A stretch of 64,000 nt of DNA from the NCBI GenBank assembly GCA_033762915.1, contig JANRLD010000054.1, positions 1 through 64,000 on the forward strand. Reading direction: 5' to 3'. Position 1 is the stretch's first letter; every line of letters begins with the position of its first letter. Below, in pieces: positions 40,299 through 49,777 of this stretch. Made by a program: the position numbers and the translations under genes. The DNA is from Meiothermus sp. GTDB lineage: Bacteria; Deinococcota; Deinococci; Deinococcales; Thermaceae. A model generated the notes under the pieces. That model ran no database searches, had not been told where the DNA came from, and saw nothing but the letters and a program-made list of their open reading frames with translations.

Positions 40299-42761
40299 TT
40301 AGGGGCCGCCCACGGTGCGGCTGGCCACCACCTTCGGGCTGGCGGGCATCCCCTTCCAGACCTCGGGGGTCTCGAGCAGTTCGATCTTGTGGAGCGCTCG
40401 TTGGGCGGGCAGGTTTACGCCCCAGACCTTGAAGCTGTCTCCACTCAGCGGGTCGGCGGCACCGGCCTTATAGCTGCTGCTGAACCATCCCCTGAATCCG
40501 CCTTGCAAGGCCAGATGTTGGGTGCTGCCGTCGGCGTAGGTGACGCGCAGGGTGTAGTCGCAGCCGGAGGCGCGGCAGTACCAGTAGTAGGTGCCGGTGT
40601 TGGGGACGATCAGGGCGCGCCCGGAGGCGTCGGTGGGGTCAATCAGGCGCCGCAGGTTGCCGGTGTAGCTGAGGGGCGGGTAGATCTGGGTGGTCTCGAG
40701 GTTGTAGGTGAGGGGGGCCTGGGTGCTGGTGAGGCTGGCGGTCAGCACGACGGTGTGCACCGGCACGTTGCGCTCCAGCGGCAGCCCATCCTCGAAGCCC
40801 CACACCCCGCCGTCGCTGGTCTTGGGCTCAACGCTCACCAGTCTGGCGTCCAGGCTGTCCCAGCGGCTGTATCCGGTCGAGGAGGTGGGGTCGACAAAGA
40901 TCCGCCCGCCGTCGTAGGTGCGCTTACCCGCGTTGTCCTTGGCGGTGCCCTCGAGGTAGTGCTGCACCACGGCGGCATTGAAGTCTGAGAACATCGTGAA
41001 CCTGTAGCCCGCCGCCTGATCGCCCGAGCCGCTTTGCATGGGGTCTTGCTTGACGCAGCGGCCCTGCTCGTCGAGCTGGCGGCCCATCGGAAAGCCGCCA
41101 CTGCGACATCCGGCGAAGCGCGAGGCAGTGGTTGGCACGAAGGTTCCCAGGAACTCCTGGCGGGTCTGGTCGTAGCCCCAGCTCGAGCCCTTAAGGCTGC
41201 CCCCGACGTAGGGGTAGGTGCCGTCGGTGTAGCCGTCGTTGGCGTGGGGCATGCCGAAGGCGTGGCCCTGCTCGTGGATGAAGACTCCCCGGTAGGCGTG
41301 ATCGCCCGTACCGCGATGCCCGCCACCCAGGCCACCGCCCGGGCCGCTGTAGCTGCCGGCCTGGTTTGCCATCAGGAGCGGGGCATAGTAGTGGTTGGCG
41401 GTGGGGCCATCGCCGTTGGCATCGCGGATGGCGCTGAGGGTGTCGAGCACCGCGCTCATTACCGCGTAGCCGTCGCCCTGCTGCTCCTTATAGGTGACCC
41501 GCTGCGCGGCACGGCCTTGGCGAGGCCCGACCACGATGTACGGCCAGACGATCTTTTGGGCGGGGTGATTGAGCGCCTCGAGCCTGGCAAAGGGGTGCTT
41601 GGCGAAGTACTCGTCCTGGGTGGGCAGGTCGGGCGCTCCGGTCTGGCTGAGGGGGATGTCGGCCTCGGTCAGTCCGAACAGGTAGAAGGGCAAGGTGTAC
41701 AGGGTGAAGGATGAGGGCGCACCCACCCGCACGGCCCGGCTGGCGCTGACCTGACCCTCGTTCGCCCGCACGCGCAGCTCGAGGCCCGGCCGGACCCAGG
41801 CTTTGTCCAGCATGGCCCAGTACGCGGTGGTGGAGTAGGTGGGGCCGCCTGCCTCGGTTTTGGGCAGGGTGGCGGGGGTGTTCAGCGTGACCTCGCCGAG
41901 CTTCTGGCCCCTCAGTAGCGCCTCGAGTACGGGGCTGTCCACCCGGTTGGCAGCGCTCGAGAGGTCCAGCAGCACCAGCGCTTCGCGGCTCCCAACCAAG
42001 TGCAGGTTGTACTTGGCGAGCTTATCGCCCGCCCAGCTCCTACCTTCGGCGGGGATTAGGTGGGTCTGGACCAACTCGAGCTTGTCTATTTTGGGCTGGT
42101 CGTCCAACGGGTTGATGGTCAGCAGCACTCGGGCTTGGGCGGTTTTTGTGCCGTTGCTGGAACGATAGGTGAAGCCGTCCTGGGTGGTTTGTGAGTGGTC
42201 GTGGGTGTAGGTGAACGAGCCGTCCGATTTCAAACTGAGCTGCCCGTGTGCGGGGGCCTCGACCAGTTCTGTGCTTAGGGCGGTCTTGAGGGGGTTGGTG
42301 TCGTTAGAGAGAACGCCCTTTTCGGCTCCGACGTTAAGCGTGGCCCCTTCCTCGAGGGTGTAGGCATCCGCGACGGCCACAGGCGCGTCGGGTGGGCTGG
42401 GTTGCAGGGTCAGGGTCACCTCGGCACCGGACTCGCCACCGGGGCCGCTCAGGGTGTAGCTGAAGCGGTCTGCGGTGTCGGTGCTGCCGTCGTGCTGGTA
42501 GCTGAAGGAGCCGTCAGGAGACAGCTCGAGCGTCCCCCGTTGGGGCAGGGTCTTGAGCGTCAGCTTGGACCCGGCCGGCGCGGTATCGTTGGCGAGTAGG
42601 CCATTGGCCTTTTCCACTCGAGACAAAACGCCTTGAGTGAAGGTGTAGCTGTCGGCAACGGCCAGCACCGGCTGTGCACCGGGAGTTTTGGCGTTGTTTG
42701 TATTCTGGCTGCACCCACAAAGTAGCGCTATTAGGACCGCAGATAGGAGTCTGTGATACAC
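40299..42761 (-). CDS. Lipoprotein M66-family (StcE/TagA-like) metallopeptidase with two Ig/cadherin-like repeats
   Basis: Lipobox LLCGC; two A.AD.Y...G.L.ND...P..G.L....DGSF.Y.HD repeats; HEQGHAFGMPH, WGYD and KQDPM motifs. Confidence 0.8.
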   Translation of the reverse strand: MYHRLLSAVLIALLCGCSQNTNNAKTPGAQPVLAVADSYTFTQGVLSRVEKANGLLANDTAPAGSKLTLKTLPQRGTLELSPDGSFSYQHDGSTDTADRFSYTLSGPGGESGAEVTLTLQPSPPDAPVAVADAYTLEEGATLNVGAEKGVLSNDTNPLKTALSTELVEAPAHGQLSLKSDGSFTYTHDHSQTTQDGFTYRSSNGTKTAQARVLLTINPLDDQPKIDKLELVQTHLIPAEGRSWAGDKLAKYNLHLVGSREALVLLDLSSAANRVDSPVLEALLRGQKLGEVTLNTPATLPKTEAGGPTYSTTAYWAMLDKAWVRPGLELRVRANEGQVSASRAVRVGAPSSFTLYTLPFYLFGLTEADIPLSQTGAPDLPTQDEYFAKHPFARLEALNHPAQKIVWPYIVVGPRQGRAAQRVTYKEQQGDGYAVMSAVLDTLSAIRDANGDGPTANHYYAPLLMANQAGSYSGPGGGLGGGHRGTGDHAYRGVFIHEQGHAFGMPHANDGYTDGTYPYVGGSLKGSSWGYDQTRQEFLGTFVPTTASRFAGCRSGGFPMGRQLDEQGRCVKQDPMQSGSGDQAAGYRFTMFSDFNAAVVQHYLEGTAKDNAGKRTYDGGRIFVDPTSSTGYSRWDSLDARLVSVEPKTSDGGVWGFEDGLPLERNVPVHTVVLTASLTSTQAPLTYNLETTQIYPPLSYTGNLRRLIDPTDASGRALIVPNTGTYYWYCRASGCDYTLRVTYADGSTQHLALQGGFRGWFSSSYKAGAADPLSGDSFKVWGVNLPAQRALHKIELLETPEVWKGMPASPKVVASRTVGGP

Positions 42762-43086
42762 TGGCCGACCTCAACACCGCAGTCTATGCGTCGGGCACGA
42801 GAAGATTCGGTCAAAACAGGCGTAACTTAGCGATTCGGACATACCCCAAGGTAACGCGGCGTTTGTATCCCTCCCTGGACAGATCCCCGCTGAAGAGCAT
42901 CAGCTCTCGGTCCGCCAGGATTAACACCTGGTAAGGTGCGCCGGGGTGGAAGTGCAGAAGCGGCGGACAGGGAAAATACGTGCCTGGAGCAACTCCGCAG
43001 GAGTTGGCGGGGGGTGTCGCACTTCAACTATGGAGGCCCTGTCTTCGATTGAGTACGCTTCCACCGGATTACCTACACCCGATGCA

Positions 43087-44364
43087 CTACCAGTTGGCCA
43101 TCGAGTCGCGCAGGATTCGGGCCAGGTCTTCGCTCGAGGGCGCTTTTGGGGCAACGGCCAGCAGCCGCTGCTGGCGCGTAGCACCCTCCACCAGCACCGG
43201 GAGGTCCGAGGGTTCGTAGCCGAGCTCGGCCAGACCCGACGGCAGGCCCAGCCGCTGCATCAGGCCCATGAGCAGGTCGGGGAGGGTGTCCCTGTTGGGG
43301 CGCGGTAGGGGCGCCTGGGCCAGCAACTCGGCCGCGCGGTGGTGTTTGGCGGGGTCGGCGTCGTAGGTGAAGCGGAAGGCCGCCGGCGCGGTAAGGATCA
43401 CCGAGATGCCGTGGGGGACGTAGGGCGGGTGGGCCTCGTAGCCCGCGAAGCGCCGCTGGTGGCGCAGGCTGGCAATGGGGTAGGCGCAGGCGTGGGGGAT
43501 GTGCACGCCCGCCGAGCCGAACCCGATGCCCGCCATGGTGGCGGCCAGCATCATCCGACCCCTGGCCTCGAGGTCCCCGCCGTCCCGCACGGCACGCTCG
43601 AGGTACCTGCCGCCGTACTCCAGCGCCACCCCCGACCACACGTCGGCGATGGGATTGGAGCCCTGGTAGGGGGGTCGCTCGTCCGGGCTGGCGGGTCTCG
43701 AGCGGCTATCGAAGGGCCGGGCCAGAAAGGACTCGGCAGCGTGGCACACCACGTCGAGCCCCGCCGAGGCGGCCACCCCAGCGGGCGCGGTGCGGGCCAG
43801 CTCGGGGTCTACCAGGGCCCGGGCGGGCCGCAGGAAGCGGTGGGAGATGCCGGTCTTGGTGCGCAGCTCCGGCAGGTCCAGCACCGCGACCGTGGTGGCC
43901 TCAGAGCCCGAGCCGGAGGTTGTGGGGAAGGCGACCAGCGGCCTGAGCGGGGAAGGCGGCTTCCTGCCCAGCCCCACCGGGGGGTTAACGTAGTCCATCA
44001 CCGACCCGCCATGGCAGGCCAGGAGGTTGGCGACCTTGGCGGTGTCGATGGTGGAGCCTCCGCCGAGCGCCACGTACCCGTCCGCCTCCACCGACCGGGC
44101 GAAGGCGGCGGCAGCCTCGAGCGACTCCAAGCTCGGCTCGACCCTCACTCCGCAGAACAGCTCGAACTCCACGCCCGCCGCGCGGATGGTGCCAAGCACG
44201 TTCTTTACGGCCGGCAGCTCCTGCAGGTTCGGGTCCAGGTAGACCAGCACCCGCCGCAGCCCCAAGGCGCGCAACTCCCAGCCCGCCTCCAGCGCAGCCC
44301 CCGCCCCAAACTTGACGGGGGCGGCCTCGAAAGTGAAGACGTTTTCGGCGTCCACAGCGCTCAC
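43087..44364 (-). CDS. Hydroxyacid-oxoacid transhydrogenase-like iron-containing alcohol dehydrogenase
   Basis: GGGS.IDTAK, PTTSGSGSE.T, D..CHA.ES, RPPYQGSNP, GVH.PH...YPI, PHG.SV. Confidence 0.88.
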   Translation of the reverse strand: MSAVDAENVFTFEAAPVKFGAGAALEAGWELRALGLRRVLVYLDPNLQELPAVKNVLGTIRAAGVEFELFCGVRVEPSLESLEAAAAFARSVEADGYVALGGGSTIDTAKVANLLACHGGSVMDYVNPPVGLGRKPPSPLRPLVAFPTTSGSGSEATTVAVLDLPELRTKTGISHRFLRPARALVDPELARTAPAGVAASAGLDVVCHAAESFLARPFDSRSRPASPDERPPYQGSNPIADVWSGVALEYGGRYLERAVRDGGDLEARGRMMLAATMAGIGFGSAGVHIPHACAYPIASLRHQRRFAGYEAHPPYVPHGISVILTAPAAFRFTYDADPAKHHRAAELLAQAPLPRPNRDTLPDLLMGLMQRLGLPSGLAELGYEPSDLPVLVEGATRQQRLLAVAPKAPSSEDLARILRDSMANW

Positions 44365-45197
44365 CCAGCCCTGGCCCGGTCGGCGAAGCGGGACCGCTGG
44401 CGCCGGGACATCCACTCGCAGACCTCGGCAAGGTCGGCGACGGGCTGCCCGCTGTGGGGCAGTGTCGGCAGATACGGGGGCGGGCCGAACTCGGGGGTGA
44501 GGGTGCTGACCTCGAGGCCCCTCCCCTCCTGAGCCTCCCACACCAGGTCCCACCAGCCCTCGTGGGCCTGGAGATGGGCCGCGAACTCTGGGGCGCGGGG
44601 GTCGCTCACCTGCGGTCCCTGCTCGTGTCCGACGCGTGCGTGGACATGGAGCGCTGCGCCGGCAGCCCGGGCGATCACCTCGCGCTGGTCCTCGATCAGC
44701 CGCTCGCACACCACCACCCAGTGGCTGAAGTCCACGGTGAGCTGGAGCTCGGGGAAGGCCCGCAGCAGTCGGTCGGTGGCCCACGGACTGAAGGTGGGGC
44801 GGCCGCGGTGGGTCTCGAAGGCGGCCCGGACACCGAGCCGCCGGATCAGGGACAGGGCTTCGCCGAAGAAGTCGTCCTGTTCAGCCTCGCCCCAGCCGTC
44901 GTGGCCCCCATGGATGTTGACCAGCGCGGGGCCTAGGAACGAGGCCTGCTCGAGGCCCAACTCTAGCGAGGCCAGGTGGTCGGACACGGCCTGCCCCTGC
45001 CCGGCCCCCGCAGTCGTGGCCACCAGGGCAATCAGGCCCATCTGGTGGTCCTGCAGCGCCCGCGCCAGCGGCCCCAGGTCGCCCAGCCCGCCCAGCCAGA
45101 CCTCCACGCCCGCGTAGCCCAGCTGCCTGCAGCGCGGCACCCAGGCCTCCAGCGGGTCGGCGACGCCCCAGCGGTGGCGGTAGAGCTCCAACCTCAC
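44361..45197 (-). CDS. Sugar-phosphate isomerase/epimerase (TIM barrel)
   Basis: GY.GVE, ETHRGR, D.SHW.VV.ER, H.HARVG, TPEFGP.PY. Confidence 0.82.
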   Translation of the reverse strand: MRLELYRHRWGVADPLEAWVPRCRQLGYAGVEVWLGGLGDLGPLARALQDHQMGLIALVATTAGAGQGQAVSDHLASLELGLEQASFLGPALVNIHGGHDGWGEAEQDDFFGEALSLIRRLGVRAAFETHRGRPTFSPWATDRLLRAFPELQLTVDFSHWVVVCERLIEDQREVIARAAGAALHVHARVGHEQGPQVSDPRAPEFAAHLQAHEGWWDLVWEAQEGRGLEVSTLTPEFGPPPYLPTLPHSGQPVADLAEVCEWMSRRQRSRFADRARAG

Positions 45198-46399
45198 GCC
45201 CGAACCTCGAACTCGACCACCAGCCGGTTGAAGCCCCGCGCGTCGCCGTTGAGCTTGCGTACCGGCGGCTCGGCCTCGGACAGGCGGAACTCGGGGATGC
45301 GGCCCAAGAACTCGCGGATGGCCACACGCATGTCCAGGCGGGCCAGGCTCGAGCCGATGCAGGCGTGCGGGCCGATCCCGAAGGCCAGGTGGGCGTTGGG
45401 CCTGCGGTCGAGCACACACTCGTCGGCCCGGGGGAAGGCACGGGGGTCGCGGTTGGCACTGCCGTACATCATGGCCACGCTCTCGCCCTTGCAGATGGTC
45501 TGCCCGTGCAACTCCACATCCTTGGTCGCCACCCGCCCCAGCAGCTGAATCGGCGAGAGATAACGCAGGAATTCCTCCACCGCGTCGTTCATCAGCCCCG
45601 GCTCGGAGACCAGCCGGGCCCGGGCCGCCGGATTCTGGGCCAGGTACCACAGGCTGTTGCCGATCGCGTCGATCACCGCCTCACGGCCGGCCAGCAGGAT
45701 GATCCGCCCGTACCCCACGAGCTCGGCCTCGCTCAAGGGCTGGCCGTTCACCTCCAGGGTCGCCAGGTGCGAGAAGAGATCGTCTCGCGGGTTCTCCTTG
45801 CGGTCAGCCATCTGGGCGCGGATGTAGTCGGCCAGCTCCCTCTGTCCGCGCTTTGCGCCCTCAGGGTCCTTGGCGCGGTTGGCGAAGACCGCGTTGGCCC
45901 AGGCCTCGATGCGCTCGATGTCCTCGAGGGGGAACTTGAGGAACAGGCCCAGCGACCGGGCCAGCAGCGGGGTGGCGTACTCGCTGACCAGGTCGCAGCT
46001 GCCGCGGCCCGAGAATTTCTCGATCAGCTCCCCGGCCGCGCGGGTCATCTCCGGCTCGAGCTTGTTGACCTCGGCGCGCAGGAAGTGTTTGAGCACCATG
46101 TTGCGGTACTCGGTGTGCTTGGGCGGGTCGGTCTCGATGGGGATGCCGGGGATGTTGTCCGAGGGGGTGGTGTGGGGGATGGCGATGCGGCCGGCGAAGG
46201 CGGAGCTGAAGGTCTGCCAGTCGAACAGGGCCCGCTTGACGTCCTCGTAGCGCGAGAGCAGCCAGAAGCCCCCGTGGGACTCAGAGTAGGCCAGGGGCTT
46301 TTCATCCCTCAGCTCCTCGTAGACCGAGTAGGGGTCTGCGACCCACTCGGCCGTGTGGTGGTTAAACGCCACCTTCGTCTTGCCCTCTTCGTTGCCCAC
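45194..46399 (-). CDS. Cytochrome P450
   Basis: DPPKH..YR, EEFLR (ExxR), HLAFG.GPHACIG heme motif; atypical I-helix (LAGREAV). Confidence 0.95.
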   Translation of the reverse strand: MGNEEGKTKVAFNHHTAEWVADPYSVYEELRDEKPLAYSESHGGFWLLSRYEDVKRALFDWQTFSSAFAGRIAIPHTTPSDNIPGIPIETDPPKHTEYRNMVLKHFLRAEVNKLEPEMTRAAGELIEKFSGRGSCDLVSEYATPLLARSLGLFLKFPLEDIERIEAWANAVFANRAKDPEGAKRGQRELADYIRAQMADRKENPRDDLFSHLATLEVNGQPLSEAELVGYGRIILLAGREAVIDAIGNSLWYLAQNPAARARLVSEPGLMNDAVEEFLRYLSPIQLLGRVATKDVELHGQTICKGESVAMMYGSANRDPRAFPRADECVLDRRPNAHLAFGIGPHACIGSSLARLDMRVAIREFLGRIPEFRLSEAEPPVRKLNGDARGFNRLVVEFEVRA

Positions 46400-46425
46400 G
46401 CTGGCCCCCTCGAGCTTTGGCTGTA

Positions 46426-46473
46426 TTGACAGGAACTGTGACCTAGCATAATGTTATGACAAATCGCAGTCAA
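46426..46473. promoter_or_regulatory. Overlapping divergent promoters with a GntR/HutC-type operator
   Basis: Plus strand: TTGACA(46426)-17-TAATGT. Minus strand: TTGACT(46473)-17-TATGCT. Palindrome TGTTATGACA at 46452-46461. Confidence 0.7.
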
Positions 46474-46498
46474 GCTCTTTACCGTCGGCGGAGGCCCT

Positions 46499-47242
46499 GT
46501 GTCCATTGATCGGCACGCTCACGTACCCTTGTACGCTCAGCTCGAATCGATTCTGCGTCGTCAGATCGGCGAGGGGCGGCTCAAGCCCGGCGACATCGTG
46601 CCGACCGAGAGTGAGCTGGGCCGGCACTATAAGGTCAGCCGCATCACCGTGCGGGCCGCCCTGGAAAGCCTGACCAAGGACGGGCTGCTCGAGCGCCAGC
46701 CCGGCCGGGGCACCTTCGTGCGGGCCTCAGAGGTCGAGCCCTGGAGCTGCCTTACTTCCTTCACCGAGCAGATGCTGCGCCAGGGGCGCACGCCGCGCAC
46801 CAAGATGCTCAAGCTGCGGGTCGTCCGGCCCGGGCCGGACGTGGCCGGGGCGCTGCGCCTGGGCTCCGGCGAGGAGGCGGTGATCGTCGAGCGGCTGCGG
46901 CTGGTGGACGAGCAGCCCGCAGCGCTGATGCGGGCCTACATCCCGCGCCGCTTCGTCCGTGGGATTTCGCGGCGCGACTTCGCCTCCACCGGGCGCGAGC
47001 AGTCCATCCTCTATGTGCTCGAGCGGCGCTTCAACCTGGCCATATCCGAGGGCGAGGAGACCACCGCACCGGTCTGCCTGACCCAGCCCGACGCGGGCCT
47101 GCTGGGGCTGCAAGAGGGCAGCCCGGTGGTCTACAAGTCCTGCGTCATCCACAACAGCCAGGGCGAGCCGGTGCTGCTCGAGCGGGCCTACTGGTGCACC
47201 CCGCAGGTCGAACAGGTGCGCCGGGCCGGGGCGGGCGACTGA
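46499..47242 (+). CDS. GntR-family regulator, HutC/UTRA subfamily
   Basis: PLY.QL, PTE.EL...Y.VSR.TVR.AL, GRGTFV, SFTEQM plus UTRA domain. Confidence 0.93.
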   Translation: MSIDRHAHVPLYAQLESILRRQIGEGRLKPGDIVPTESELGRHYKVSRITVRAALESLTKDGLLERQPGRGTFVRASEVEPWSCLTSFTEQMLRQGRTPRTKMLKLRVVRPGPDVAGALRLGSGEEAVIVERLRLVDEQPAALMRAYIPRRFVRGISRRDFASTGREQSILYVLERRFNLAISEGEETTAPVCLTQPDAGLLGLQEGSPVVYKSCVIHNSQGEPVLLERAYWCTPQVEQVRRAGAGD

Positions 47243-47249
47243 GGATGCC

Positions 47250-48683
47250 ATGACGCAGCCCCGCCCCAAGGTGGCCTACGTGGCCGCACACCTACCGAGC
47301 TACTACGCCCTCGAGCACGACGTATTCGGGCGCTCGAGGCGGGGTCTCGAGGGGCTGGCGGCCGAGTTGGACTTCGAGCTGCTGCCAGTGCCCGAGCCCG
47401 TGGTGGGCGCCGAGGACGCGCGGCGGGCGCGGCGGGCGCTCGAGGCCGCCGGGGCAGACCTGGTGCTACTCCAGAGCAGCACCTTCGCGATGGGCGACGT
47501 GGTGACGCAGTTCGCCGGGGCGGACTTCCGCCTGGGCCTCTGGGCGGTCGAAGAGCCGACCCACGACGGCCCGGTGCTGCTGAACAATTTTGTCTCGCTC
47601 AACCTCAATGCCGGGATTTTGCGGCACTACTTTCGCACCCAGCCGCAGCCCTACAAGTGGTTCTTTGGCCTTCCGGGTCATCCCTGGTTCGCGCCACGCC
47701 TGCGGGTCACGGTGGCGGCGTTGCGGGCGCTGAGGCTGCTGCGGGATTCCCGGATCGCGCTGGTGGGCGGCGTCGCGCCGACCTTCTACAACTTCGTCAA
47801 CGACCCCCGGAAGCTCGCGGCGCGGCTGGGCACCAGGGTAGAGGAGCTCGAGCTCGACGAAGTGTTCCGCCGAATGCCCAAGGACTCGGGGCGTCTGCGC
47901 GGGGCGATGGACGCGATGGCGGGGCACGCCCGGGGCCGGGTGGAGATCTCCGCGGCCGACTTTGAGACCACAGCGGCAGTCTACCTGGCTTTGCAGGACC
48001 TGGCCCGCGAGGGCTACGCCGCACTCGCCGTGAGCGACTGGCCCCGCTTCCAAACCGAGCTGGGCATCCATCCCGGCATGGCCTTCTCCTGGCTCGACGA
48101 GTCCGACGGGGTTCCGGTAGCCTCGGAGGGCGACGTGCTGGGCGCGGTGACGATGCTGATGCTGCGTGCGGTAAGCCAGCAGGGGGCGCTGCTGCTCGAC
48201 TTCACCGACCTCGACCTCGAGCGGGGGGCCGCCCTGGCCTGGCACTGCGGGGGCAGCCCCCTGGGCCTCGCGGACGAGGAGGGCGTGACCTGGAAGAACC
48301 ACTCCACGCTGGGCCGCAAGGCCGAAGGCGCGGTACCGAGGGGCGCGGTCGCGGACTTTCGCTTTCGCCCCGGGGCGGTCACGCTGGCACGGGTCAGCGG
48401 GGACACCGAGCGGCTATTTTTTGCCGAAGCCGAGGCCTTCGAGGGCGTTAGCCGGGGCTTCGAGGGCAGCCGGGGCTGGCTGCGGGACTTCCGAATCAAC
48501 CATCGACCCGCCGCCCTTGCCGACCTGGTCAACACCATCATGGCCGGCGGGATCGAGCACCACTTCGGCCTGGTCGCGGGCCGGCACGCCGACGCCCTGG
48601 CCGAGGTCGCGGCCTGGAGTGGGCTGAAGCCGGTAGACCCGGCCCCCTACCGCGACTTCTTGGCGCCACTGGAGTTTGAATGA
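47250..48683 (+). CDS. L-fucose/L-arabinose isomerase-like protein
   Basis: A.EGDV.GA.TML, WHCG..P, VTLAR, G.EHH motifs. Confidence 0.75.
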   Translation: MTQPRPKVAYVAAHLPSYYALEHDVFGRSRRGLEGLAAELDFELLPVPEPVVGAEDARRARRALEAAGADLVLLQSSTFAMGDVVTQFAGADFRLGLWAVEEPTHDGPVLLNNFVSLNLNAGILRHYFRTQPQPYKWFFGLPGHPWFAPRLRVTVAALRALRLLRDSRIALVGGVAPTFYNFVNDPRKLAARLGTRVEELELDEVFRRMPKDSGRLRGAMDAMAGHARGRVEISAADFETTAAVYLALQDLAREGYAALAVSDWPRFQTELGIHPGMAFSWLDESDGVPVASEGDVLGAVTMLMLRAVSQQGALLLDFTDLDLERGAALAWHCGGSPLGLADEEGVTWKNHSTLGRKAEGAVPRGAVADFRFRPGAVTLARVSGDTERLFFAEAEAFEGVSRGFEGSRGWLRDFRINHRPAALADLVNTIMAGGIEHHFGLVAGRHADALAEVAAWSGLKPVDPAPYRDFLAPLEFE

Positions 48684-49756
48684 CTGAACTGAGCATCACC
48701 AACCTGATCAAGCGCTTCGACGACAGCGTGGCCGTAGACGACGTGTCGCTGACCGTAGCGCCGGGCCGCCTGGTCGCGCTGCTGGGGCCGTCGGGCTGCG
48801 GCAAGACCACCACCCTGCGCATGATCGCGGGCCTCACCGCGCCCACCGAGGGGGACATCCGGTTCGGCGGGCAGTCGGTGCTGCACCTTCCGCCGGAGAA
48901 GCGCAACATCGGGATGGTCTTCCAGCGCTACGTGCTGTTTCCGCACATGAACGTGGCCCAGAACGTGGGGTTCGGGCTGTTCGTGCGGGGCACTCCCCGA
49001 GAGGAGACCCGGCGGCGGGTAGCGGAGATGCTCGAGGTTGTCCAGCTGGCCCACCTCGAGAAGCGCTTCCCCAGCCAGCTCTCCGGCGGGCAGATGCAGC
49101 GCGTGGCCATCGCCCGCACGCTGGTGACCAATCCACAGATCCTGCTGATGGACGAGCCCCTCTCCAACCTCGACGCCAAGCTGCGCGAGGAGATGCGCAC
49201 CTTCATCAAGGAACTGCAGCGGCGGCTCCAGATCACCACCGTCTTCGTCACCCACGACCAGGTGGAGGCGATGGAGCTTGCCGACGAGGTGGGGGTGATG
49301 TTCGGGGGGCGGCTGGTGCAGTTCGGCCCCCCCGAGCAGGTCTTCAACCGGCCCACCAACCCCAGGGTAGCCGACTTCATGGGGGCCACCAACCTGATCG
49401 AGGGTCAGGTGGCCTCCAAGAGTGGCGACGCCTCGCTGCTGAGGACGCCCATCGGCGAGGTGCAGATTCTTCAGCCGACCCAGCACGCCGTCGGGGCGCA
49501 GGTCACCGCGACCATCCGGCCGGAGCACATCGACCTCCTCGACCCCGCCACGCCGCCCGCCGGCCCCAACTTGCTGCGCGGGACGATCGGGCAGACCGTG
49601 TACTTCGGCGGGGTACTGAGTTACCAGGTTCAGGTCGGCGGCCAGAGCTTCAAGGTGCTGGAGCGCTCGACCCGACTCTTCCATCAAGGGCAGGAGGTGA
49701 TAGTGCGTCTGAACCCGCAGTCCCTTTGGGTTTTTCCTGAGCGAACCGTTCAGTAG
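48680..49756 (+). CDS. ABC transporter ATP-binding protein (PotA/MalK type)
   Basis: GPSGCGKTT, LSGGQ.QRVA, MDEPLSNLDAKLR, TOBE domain. Confidence 0.95.
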   Translation: MTELSITNLIKRFDDSVAVDDVSLTVAPGRLVALLGPSGCGKTTTLRMIAGLTAPTEGDIRFGGQSVLHLPPEKRNIGMVFQRYVLFPHMNVAQNVGFGLFVRGTPREETRRRVAEMLEVVQLAHLEKRFPSQLSGGQMQRVAIARTLVTNPQILLMDEPLSNLDAKLREEMRTFIKELQRRLQITTVFVTHDQVEAMELADEVGVMFGGRLVQFGPPEQVFNRPTNPRVADFMGATNLIEGQVASKSGDASLLRTPIGEVQILQPTQHAVGAQVTATIRPEHIDLLDPATPPAGPNLLRGTIGQTVYFGGVLSYQVQVGGQSFKVLERSTRLFHQGQEVIVRLNPQSLWVFPERTVQ

Positions 49757-49777
49757 CAAAGAAGAGGAGTGTCTGGT

